DNA of 24,005 nt from an uncultured Puniceicoccaceae bacterium (GTDB lineage Bacteria > Verrucomicrobiota > Verrucomicrobiia > Opitutales > Seribacteraceae). The translations under genes were made by a program, and so were the position numbers. This document shows positions 16,510 through 24,005 of this stretch, piece by piece (the first letter of the stretch is position 1; each line of letters opens with the position of its first letter). The stretch spans positions 1,900-25,904 of the forward strand of contig CAZXKR010000001.1 in NCBI GenBank assembly GCA_964641305.1, in the 5' to 3' direction. Under the pieces are notes generated by a model, which saw only the letters and a list, made by a program, of their open reading frames with translations, ran no database searches and was not told the origin of the DNA.

Positions 16510-17589
16510 TCAAGAACCTTGCGAAGCTGAAATTTCCTCAAGTCGCAAACGCCGATCTTCTTCAATCAAGGCATCCAGTACTTCATTGAGTCCACCGTCC
16601 ATGACCTCGGTCAAGTTCCGAGTGGAATGGCCGATTCGGTGATCCGTCATTCTACTTTGAGGGAAGTTGTATGTACGAATTCGCTCGCTCCTGTCACCTG
16701 TTCCGATTTGCCGCCGCCGATTTGCTGCATATTTCTCTCGCTCTTCTTCCTGCTTCAAGTTCAGGAGGCGAGCACGGAGAACAGTCATGGCCTTGTTTTT
16801 GTTTTTGAGCTGCGAGCGTTCGTCTGCGCAGTAAACAGTTAGACCCGTAGGTTTGTGGAGTAGTTGAACGGCCGAATCTGTAGTGTTCACTCCTTGACCA
16901 CCTGGCCCACTGGCCCTGCAGACATTGATTTCCAGATCATTCGGGTCGATCTCTATGTCAACTTCTTCTGCTTCAGGCAGAACGGCAACGGTTGCAGTTG
17001 AAGTGTGTATGCGCCCGTTGGCTTCAGTTGTGGGCACTCTTTGTACTCGATGAACACCGCTTTCAAATTTAAGCCGTGCAAAGACATCTTCGCCCTTGAC
17101 CGAAAAAATGACTTCTTTGTAGCCACCTGTTTCCGAAATACTTTCGCTCAAACGCTCTATACTCCACTGGCTTTCTTCGGCGTAACGCGAATACATCCGC
17201 AAGAGATCTGATGCAAAAAGCGATGCCTCTTCACCGCCTGTGCCCGCCCGAATTTCGATTATGGTATTTCGCTCATCCGCGTCTTCGGCCGGGATCATGG
17301 CGAGAAGAAGGTTTTCTTTTGTTTCTTTCAACTTGGCTTCCAGTATCTCGATTTCTTCTGCGGCCATCTCTCCCAATTCTTCGTCGTCCAGCAAAAGACG
17401 ATTTTCAGTTAAGGTTTTTTCGGAAGTTTTGATGTCATCGCCCAATCCGAGCAATTGCTCGATCCTACGGTGCTCGCGAGACAAGCTTGCTGCCCGCCTC
17501 TGGTCTTTGAAAATATCCGGGTCCGCAAGTTCCTTTTCCAATTCCCCGAGGCGTTTGCGGAAGGGATCAAGATCTGGTGTCTGGTGCAT
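16510..17589 (-). CDS. prfA: Peptide chain release factor 1
   Basis: EIRAGTGGEEA, ESGVHRVQRVPTTE (PxT = RF1 specificity), GPGGQGVN, RIRTYNFPQ. Confidence 0.97.
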   Translation of the reverse strand: MHQTPDLDPFRKRLGELEKELADPDIFKDQRRAASLSREHRRIEQLLGLGDDIKTSEKTLTENRLLLDDEELGEMAAEEIEILEAKLKETKENLLLAMIPAEDADERNTIIEIRAGTGGEEASLFASDLLRMYSRYAEESQWSIERLSESISETGGYKEVIFSVKGEDVFARLKFESGVHRVQRVPTTEANGRIHTSTATVAVLPEAEEVDIEIDPNDLEINVCRASGPGGQGVNTTDSAVQLLHKPTGLTVYCADERSQLKNKNKAMTVLRARLLNLKQEEEREKYAANRRRQIGTGDRSERIRTYNFPQSRMTDHRIGHSTRNLTEVMDGGLNEVLDALIEEDRRLRLEEISASQGS

Positions 17590-17644
17590 GTTTAATACGA
17601 ATTTTCTTTGCTCGAAAGAACTTAAGGCGTAAAAGTAATGGTCT

Positions 17645-18673
17645 ATGAATCAAGCCCGAAAGCAAGCTCAAGTGCATGGGCAAAATATTATAGCCTGCGT
17701 GTGGGATTTTGACAAGACGCTCATACCCGGATACATGCAGACTCCTCTGTTCGAACGTTACGGAATCGATGAAAATCTTTTCTGGAACGAAGTTAATAGT
17801 TTGCCGGAAGTGTATGCGAAGAGAGGGTTGCGAGTCTCTGCAGACACCATCTATCTCAACCATCTGCTCAGTTATGTCAAAAATGGCCCCCTGCGTGGTC
17901 TCACTAACGAAAAACTTGTTGAGCTTGGGACCGAACTTGAATTTTGCCACGGATTGCCGGAGTTTTTTGGAGAGTTGTCAAAAATTCCGTCGACCGAGGA
18001 GTTCAGTCAGTATGATTTTCGGCTGGAACATTACATCATCAGCACTGGGCTTACCCATGTCGTTAGAGGTAGTAAGATTGCCCCTTTTGTGGAAGATATA
18101 TTTGCCTGCGAATTTATAGAGTCTCCCCTTCCCCCCTATTTTTCTAGGCAAACCGAACTTTTTTTGCCGCTGGAACCTGAAATCACCCAAATCGGCATGG
18201 TCGTGGATAACACGATAAAGACCCGCTATATTTTCGAAATCAACAAAGGCTCAAATAAAAACCCCGCGATCGAGGTCAACTCAGCCTTGCCTCACGAAGA
18301 TCGAAGAGTGCCCATCGATCAAATGATTTATGTTGCAGATGGCCCAAGTGATGTTCCGGTTTTTGCGGTCTTGAAGCAATGGGGAGGAAGAACGTACGCT
18401 GTTTATGACCCGGATAACGAGAAAGAATTCAAGCAGACTTGCCGACTTGTCGAGACGGGCCGAGTGCACAATAACGGCCCTGCTGATTATCGTTCATCTT
18501 CGCCAACTTCACAGTGGTTGAAGCATAAGGTCCTCGAAATTTCCCGGGAGATGGTTCTTAAGCGAGAGAACGCCTTGAGATCACGTTCTACAAATCCTCC
18601 TCACCACCTTCCTCGAGAAGAAGATTCCAGTGACTCGATAAATCCTCCCCAGCAAGAGACCCTTTTCGACTAG
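17645..18673 (+). CDS. HAD-superfamily hydrolase/phosphatase with a disordered C-terminal tail
   Basis: Motif I WDFDKTL (DxD), motif II IISTG, motif IV YVADGPSDVP; substrate unknown. Confidence 0.82.
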   Translation: MNQARKQAQVHGQNIIACVWDFDKTLIPGYMQTPLFERYGIDENLFWNEVNSLPEVYAKRGLRVSADTIYLNHLLSYVKNGPLRGLTNEKLVELGTELEFCHGLPEFFGELSKIPSTEEFSQYDFRLEHYIISTGLTHVVRGSKIAPFVEDIFACEFIESPLPPYFSRQTELFLPLEPEITQIGMVVDNTIKTRYIFEINKGSNKNPAIEVNSALPHEDRRVPIDQMIYVADGPSDVPVFAVLKQWGGRTYAVYDPDNEKEFKQTCRLVETGRVHNNGPADYRSSSPTSQWLKHKVLEISREMVLKRENALRSRSTNPPHHLPREEDSSDSINPPQQETLFD

Positions 18674-18699
18674 AGTGATCTAGCTTTAAGGCCAGCGAC

Positions 18700-21054
18700 A
18701 TGCGCATTTTCCCTGGCGAACGGCGTGCGAGCCTAAGCGTTCGTGAGTTGGCTGATTTCGCCCTAGGGCCGAGAAGGCGATTTGGCGGATCTTCCGGTAC
18801 TTGGCGAGCCGAACTTGGTCGGGAATGGCATTCCTCTTTGCGGACGGAATCAGAGTTACTGGGAAACGAGGGAGGCGAGGTTCGTCATGAGGTTACCGTT
18901 CGAGGCATTTTACTACGAGGTGGATGGGCGTTAGAGCTGGAGGGGCGTGTTGACAAACTGGTCGAGAACAATGGCTTGGCCCTGGTTAGTGAGCTTAAGA
19001 CCACTTTGCTTCCCCTACCATCGTCCGAAGAAAGTTTACGGGAAAAGTATCCTCATTATTTTTTGCAAGTGTCCGCCTACCTGTTGCTTTTCCGTCTTTT
19101 ACCTGAATATGCTCAAAAGCAGGTTGTTGGAGAATTGAGGTTTGCCGATGTTTCCAGCGGAGGATTTATCCAAACATTACCGGTAGAACATTGCGATGAT
19201 GAAGCTTTAGAAGAGCAGGTAGAGTCGTTGCTGGGATTTCTTGAAGAGCGGCGGCTCAATCGGCAACGTCTTTCTACCCTTTCATTCAATAATCCCTTCG
19301 AGACTTTGCGTGAAGGGCAAGCCGAAGCCCAGACGGCCTTGGAGCAATCTTTTGCGACCGCTCCTGTTACTCTATTTGAAGCACCAACTGGTTTCGGCAA
19401 GACAGGTACCGCCCTTTCCTTTGCGCTAGAACGATTGAGGGACGGTTTGTGTGACCGCATTCTGTACTTGACCGGCAAAACAACAGGACAAAACGAAGTG
19501 GTTAGAACCTTAGACAAAATGATTCCCGATGATTGTGGTTTCCGCTACCTTTGCCTACGCAATCGTACCGAGCGCAACATTGGCTTTGAGGATCTCGAAC
19601 ATTTGTCCGAACAAGAATTAGCTCGTCGCTGGAAATCTGCAGCCTTAAATCCCCTTGCTCTCTTTCAAGGAGGTACAATATCAGAGAAAAACTTAATTGA
19701 ATCTGCAAAACACGCGGGTATCCCTCCTTATGAAATTATTCGTGCATGTCTCCCTTTTGCAGAACTATGGATAGGCGATTTCAACTATGTGTTTCAACCG
19801 CGAAGCGCCTCGACCTTCAGCACGGTGGAAGGCTTTGCTCCCATACGTTCACTTCTCATAGTGGACGAGGCCCACAATTTGCCCGAGCGTGTCGCATCGG
19901 GGTTGTCGGCACGATTTGCTTTTGATGATGCCGCACAAGCGACCGAGCACCTACTTTTCGCTCAAGCCCCTAAAGGATTAATCAGGGCACTGGGTGATTG
20001 GGTTGAGTTTCTTAATACTCGTCGACAAAACGAAATCGTGGATGCCGATGATTTTTACAAAGCGACCGAGCTATTAGAAACTCTCGCTGAAATGGTACGT
20101 AAAGGCCCCATTCCCTTTGGCGATCTTCCAAGTCGGGTTATTGACACTCTATGGAGGTTCGGGGATACCGCTCGCTTACTTGGTTTGGACGCTTTGCCCA
20201 AGCATCTTTGGGTTCCGGAGGATCGCTCCATGGAAATTACCTGTCTGGACGCAGCTTCCCACATTGGTACGGAACTGCGCTCTTATGGTTTATGTCTTTT
20301 GGAGTCTGCAACCTTGTCGCCTGTGGATCAATTTGCGATCTCTTGCGGGCTTCAGCCGTCTGAGCGTCGGACTGTTTGGGGTTTGGCCCCTTGGCGAACG
20401 GCGGCCTTGAGGGTTGCTATAGACATACGGGGTGACACGAGATTCTCTCGAAGGCATCAACACCTCGATGAAATCGCTACAGCTGTTCTGGCTTTGATCA
20501 ATGCGACGGAAAAGCCCGCAATTATATATTTTTCTTCTTATAGATATGCAATCGAAGCCAATAACCGTTTAGGAGAAATATCGCCTCTGACCAAAGTCGT
20601 ACTTCAACCCCGCTTTGGTTCCCAGCGAGAGACTAACCAGTTTCTCACTACCGCACTGGTCGCTGGTGATGCGATTTTTCTTGTTCTTGGCAGTGTATTT
20701 GCCGAGGGCATAGATTTTCTCGGAGGTAAGGTGGATACGGCAATGATTGTAGGTCCTGCATTGCCTGAGGTTAACATGCTGCAGAAGGCGAAAATGGAGG
20801 CTTGCGGTGGCATGGATCGTGAAGAAGCCTTCCGCCGAACCTACCTTATTCCGGGAATGCGAAAAGTTAACCAAGCCTTGGGCCGTCTCGTTAGATCCCC
20901 TGAGCACCGAGCTCGCGTGATTCTTCATTGTCGTCGTTTTGATCAACCTGCCTTCAGGGCATTATTGGATCCAGTCTGCCGAGAAGCCCCCGCCTTTAAT
21001 AGAGTCGAGGAAATCGAGGCTTGGCTTGAGAGCGGAGAGAATTCCGTTGCGTAG
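18700..21054 (+). CDS. PD-(D/E)XK (RecB-like) nuclease fused to a DinG/XPD (Rad3-related) SF2 DNA helicase
   Basis: N-terminal H44..E64..EGRVD85..E98LK100..Q123xxxY127. Helicase: Q motif (REGQ), EAPTGFGKT, IVDEAHNL, SATLSP, FAEGIDF, QALGRLVR. Confidence 0.88.
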   Translation: MRIFPGERRASLSVRELADFALGPRRRFGGSSGTWRAELGREWHSSLRTESELLGNEGGEVRHEVTVRGILLRGGWALELEGRVDKLVENNGLALVSELKTTLLPLPSSEESLREKYPHYFLQVSAYLLLFRLLPEYAQKQVVGELRFADVSSGGFIQTLPVEHCDDEALEEQVESLLGFLEERRLNRQRLSTLSFNNPFETLREGQAEAQTALEQSFATAPVTLFEAPTGFGKTGTALSFALERLRDGLCDRILYLTGKTTGQNEVVRTLDKMIPDDCGFRYLCLRNRTERNIGFEDLEHLSEQELARRWKSAALNPLALFQGGTISEKNLIESAKHAGIPPYEIIRACLPFAELWIGDFNYVFQPRSASTFSTVEGFAPIRSLLIVDEAHNLPERVASGLSARFAFDDAAQATEHLLFAQAPKGLIRALGDWVEFLNTRRQNEIVDADDFYKATELLETLAEMVRKGPIPFGDLPSRVIDTLWRFGDTARLLGLDALPKHLWVPEDRSMEITCLDAASHIGTELRSYGLCLLESATLSPVDQFAISCGLQPSERRTVWGLAPWRTAALRVAIDIRGDTRFSRRHQHLDEIATAVLALINATEKPAIIYFSSYRYAIEANNRLGEISPLTKVVLQPRFGSQRETNQFLTTALVAGDAIFLVLGSVFAEGIDFLGGKVDTAMIVGPALPEVNMLQKAKMEACGGMDREEAFRRTYLIPGMRKVNQALGRLVRSPEHRARVILHCRRFDQPAFRALLDPVCREAPAFNRVEEIEAWLESGENSVA

Positions 21055-21088
21055 CAGTTAATGCAAAGACATTTAAGGTATCCGGATT

Positions 21089-21625
21089 ATGACCACAAAG
21101 TTGAAGTTTTCAGCCCCCGAAGTGAGTCAAGCTTTGGATCGTCTTGCGGGGGCCATTGTTAAAGCACACGGTTCCACACCAGACCTGATCTTTGTGGGTG
21201 TTGCCGATGGAGGAATTGGTCTTGTTCAGCGTTTAGCCGAAAAGGTTGGAGAAAGCCTCGGCCAAAAAATTTCGCTAGGAATTGTGGATGTTTCATTCCA
21301 TCGGGACGACATAGGATCCAATCCCATACCCAAAGCAGCGGTTCCGACAGATCTTCCTCCCGAAGTTGAAGGGAGCTCATGTATTTTGGTCGATGACGTA
21401 ATATTTTCGGGTCGTACGATTCGGGCGGCTCTCAACGAGTTATTCGACCAAGGACGTCCAGAGTGCGTGGAACTTGCCGTACTGGTGGACCGAGGTCACC
21501 GTTGCCTTCCATTTTCTCCAGACTATGTGGGAATCGAGCTTGAGACAACTCTTGAGCAAAATGTCGAGGTTTTGGTTGGTCCAACTCATACTCTTGACGA
21601 TCATGTAACGGTTACTCCCTTATGA
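21089..21625 (+). CDS. pyrR: Bifunctional pyr operon regulator / uracil phosphoribosyltransferase PyrR
   Basis: DVSFHRDD, ILVDDVIFSGRTIRAAL, LAVLVDRGHR.LP..PDYVG; directly upstream of pyrB. Confidence 0.92.
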   Translation: MTTKLKFSAPEVSQALDRLAGAIVKAHGSTPDLIFVGVADGGIGLVQRLAEKVGESLGQKISLGIVDVSFHRDDIGSNPIPKAAVPTDLPPEVEGSSCILVDDVIFSGRTIRAALNELFDQGRPECVELAVLVDRGHRCLPFSPDYVGIELETTLEQNVEVLVGPTHTLDDHVTVTPL

Positions 21626-22581
21626 AGAAGCCGGCAAATTGGAATCGTAAACACTTGATCGGTATAGAGGAACTTGATCGTTCCGAAATTGAGACCATTT
21701 TGGACATGGCAAGATCTTTTCGCGGAACCCTTGACAGGCCTGTTAAGAAACTGCCCTCTTTGCGTGGCAAAACTGTGGTCAATCTCTTTATGGAGCCCAG
21801 TACCAGAACTCGCCTCGCCTTTGAAGTGGCCGCGAAGCGATTAAGTGCGGACGTTATTTCAGTTGGGGGAAAATCTAGCAGCCTTTCCAAGGGGGAAACC
21901 CTTCGAGATACGGCAAGTAACGTGCAAGCCCTTGGTGCAGACCTCATAGTGCTTCGGCACTCTTCGGCGGGTTCTCCACTGTACCTATCGAGAGTTTTGG
22001 ACGTTCCTATCATTAATGCCGGAGATGGTGCCCATGAACATCCCAGTCAGGCATTACTTGACGCTTTTACGCTCAGGGAACGATTTGGCAATTTGGCGGG
22101 CAAAAAGATAACCATTCTCGGAGACGTGCTCTTTAGTCGAGTTGCCCGATCCAATTTGTGGGCATTAAGTAAACTTGGCGCATCTGTTACCTTTGGAGGC
22201 CCGGCCACATTGGTGCCGAAGACTTTTTCAGAGTTCGGTGCGGAAGTAACGCACGACCTCAAGAAAGCGCTTGCCGACGCAGACGCCGTCATGCTTCTTC
22301 GCATTCAGCACGAAAGACAGACTTCCACGCATTTCCCTTCCCTCGGAGAATATACAAGCATGTTTGGACTCAACGAAGCTCGAGCATCTTGGTTGAAGCC
22401 CGATGCCATAATCATGCACCCGGGTCCCATCAATCGAGGCGTTGAAATAGATTCTTCCCTCGCAGATTCTACACGTTCTGTGATTCTTGACCAAGTTACC
22501 AACGGAATTGCCGTTCGAATGGCAATACTCTACCTTTGTTCCTCCGTAGCCGATCTTCAGCGAAAAGAGGTTTCGTCATGA
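21622..22581 (+). CDS. pyrB: Aspartate carbamoyltransferase catalytic subunit
   Basis: FMEPSTRTR, SKGETL.DT, RH, NAGDGAHEHPSQAL, SRVARS, LRIQ.ER, MHPGP.NRGVEI; ATGA overlap with pyrR. Confidence 0.97.
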   Translation: MKKPANWNRKHLIGIEELDRSEIETILDMARSFRGTLDRPVKKLPSLRGKTVVNLFMEPSTRTRLAFEVAAKRLSADVISVGGKSSSLSKGETLRDTASNVQALGADLIVLRHSSAGSPLYLSRVLDVPIINAGDGAHEHPSQALLDAFTLRERFGNLAGKKITILGDVLFSRVARSNLWALSKLGASVTFGGPATLVPKTFSEFGAEVTHDLKKALADADAVMLLRIQHERQTSTHFPSLGEYTSMFGLNEARASWLKPDAIIMHPGPINRGVEIDSSLADSTRSVILDQVTNGIAVRMAILYLCSSVADLQRKEVSS

Positions 22582-23867
22582 GCGAAGCTATCTGGATAAA
22601 AAACGGCCGTATTATTGATCCCGCCAACGGGCGGAATGAAGTCGCCGATCTCTATATCGCCGATGGTCGAATTTGCGAAGCTCCTGCTGGCAAGGAAAGT
22701 GAGGTTGCAAATGTAGTGGATGCATCGGGAAAAATAGTTGCACCTGGATTTATAGATCTTCGTGCGCATCTACGCGAATTAGGAGGTGGTGGCCGTGAAA
22801 CTATCGCTTCAGGAACTCGAGCCGCCGCCGCCGGTGGTTTTACCACCGTTGTTTGTATGCCCGATGTTTCCCCTGCTGCCGACAATCCTGGCACAATCCG
22901 TTATTTACAAGATGCAATCGAGAAAGATGCCTGCATCGATGTTTTGCTTACAGGCAGCTTAACCCTAGATCGGCAGGGAGAACAACTTGCACCCATTGGC
23001 TCTCTCAAGCAATCGGGTGTGATTGCCGTCACCGATTGTCCAGCCAGCACTGGGAATAACGAAATTTTTAGACGGAGTCTAGAATATGCAGCGATGTTTG
23101 ATCTCCCTATTCTTGACCTCCCTCGAGATCCTTTTCTTGCCTCTAATGCCGTGGTTCACGAAGGAGCTCAGGCACTAAGGCTTGGATTGCCTGGGTGGCC
23201 ACGGGCTGCGGAGGAACTTTTTGTCTATCGAGCCGTCTCTTTGGCAATGGTCACGAAGGCCCATGTTCATTTGCAGTCCATTAGCTCGGCAGGTTCCGTG
23301 GAGATACTTCAAAGAGCGAAAGAACGCGATGTGCCTGTAACCGCCGATGTCACGCCGCATCATCTTGCTCTAACGGATTCCGCTCTAGCAGATTACAATA
23401 CTAACCTAAAAACCAGTCCCCCTTTGCGAGAAGAAAGCGACCGACAAGCTCTTCTCGCAGGTTTACTTGATGGAACGATTGACTGCATCGCAACAGCCCA
23501 CGAACCTTATCTTGAACATGAGAAAGACATGGAATTCGATCTTGCCCCCTTCGGCGTGATTGGTTTGGAGACCGCTCTATCGGTAAGCCTTGAATCGATA
23601 GTGACAAGTGAAGCTGGAAGCGTAAGCGACATGGTCGCCGCCTTGACTACTCGACCAGCCTCTGTTTTAGGCTTGGAAAAGGGCACATTGTCGGTCGGAG
23701 CTATTGCTGACATAGTTATTTTTGACCAACATCAGGAGTGGGTCGTTGCTCCCGAGAACTTGGAGAGCCTATCGTCAAATTCTCCTTGGTTGGGAAAAAA
23801 CATGACTGGCCGAGTAACTCATGTGATTGCGACTGGCCAGCTTATCAGAGATTCTTCCCTTGCTTGA
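22578..23867 (+). CDS. pyrC': Dihydroorotase-like protein, probably catalytically inactive PyrC'/PyrX-type ATCase partner
   Basis: Type I DHOase fold (GTRAAAAGGFTTVVCMP, DVTPHHL, K..PPLR, APFGVIGLE) with degenerate metal motifs: DLRAHLRE, MPDV, DLPRD, HLQSIS, IATAHEP. ATGA overlap with pyrB. Confidence 0.85.
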   Translation: MSEAIWIKNGRIIDPANGRNEVADLYIADGRICEAPAGKESEVANVVDASGKIVAPGFIDLRAHLRELGGGGRETIASGTRAAAAGGFTTVVCMPDVSPAADNPGTIRYLQDAIEKDACIDVLLTGSLTLDRQGEQLAPIGSLKQSGVIAVTDCPASTGNNEIFRRSLEYAAMFDLPILDLPRDPFLASNAVVHEGAQALRLGLPGWPRAAEELFVYRAVSLAMVTKAHVHLQSISSAGSVEILQRAKERDVPVTADVTPHHLALTDSALADYNTNLKTSPPLREESDRQALLAGLLDGTIDCIATAHEPYLEHEKDMEFDLAPFGVIGLETALSVSLESIVTSEAGSVSDMVAALTTRPASVLGLEKGTLSVGAIADIVIFDQHQEWVVAPENLESLSSNSPWLGKNMTGRVTHVIATGQLIRDSSLA

Positions 23868-23891
23868 GGAATATTTGCCTCGGGCATCAAA

Positions 23892-24005
23892 ATGTCTATA
23901 CTATTCCTTGCCGTCTACGAAGAGTGGAGTCTCGGGGCTCAGCTTGTTCTTGTAGCAAATTTAGTTTTAGCCGCTGCAGGCATCCTGCTGTTGCTGCGTA
24001 AAAAA
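23892..24005 (+). CDS. Partial hydrophobic (membrane) protein, runs off the right edge
   Basis: ATG 23892 open for 38 codons: MSILFLAVYEEWSLGAQLVLVANLVLAAAGILLLLRKK. One TM helix followed by a basic patch; too short to name. Confidence 0.5.
   Translation, partial: MSILFLAVYEEWSLGAQLVLVANLVLAAAGILLLLRKK

Noticed and set aside
18700-21054. Cas4/CasDinG (type IV CRISPR) interpretation of the nuclease-helicase
   Set aside because: No Cas4 cysteine set, no other cas genes and no repeat-spacer array in the window.
1-24005. Other short alternative-frame or antisense ORFs; mobile elements; RNA genes
   Set aside because: The remaining ORFs are nested in well-supported genes. I saw no transposase or integrase, terminal repeats, tRNA cloverleaf or rRNA sequence.

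Overview
A gene-dense, mostly housekeeping bacterial window. By inference from protein styles (no database search) it is probably Verrucomicrobiota/Opitutales. Gene order: 5' part of an FtsK-like translocase (minus, runs off the left edge, missed by the ORF track); mannose-6-P isomerase; grpE-dnaJ-hldC(rfaE2)-purN-prmA; cysS (minus); a small ribbon-helix-helix-like gene divergent from an AraC regulator with an unusual C-terminal PAS domain; a 91-aa helical protein and ComEC (minus) divergent from rarA; rhomboid; Prc/Tsp protease; prfA-prmC (minus); a HAD phosphatase followed by a PD-(D/E)XK nuclease-DinG/XPD helicase fusion; pyrR-pyrB-pyrC'; and a partial membrane-protein ORF. I saw no rRNA, tRNA, CRISPR array or mobile element. 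Three things stand out: (1) the RHH/AraC-PAS divergent module with several dyads in a 33% GC spacer; (2) the HAD (C-terminal QETLF clamp-like motif) plus nuclease-helicase pair, in which the helicase appears to have lost its Fe-S cysteines; (3) a dihydroorotase homolog that has lost its catalytic residues (PyrC'-type pseudoenzyme).
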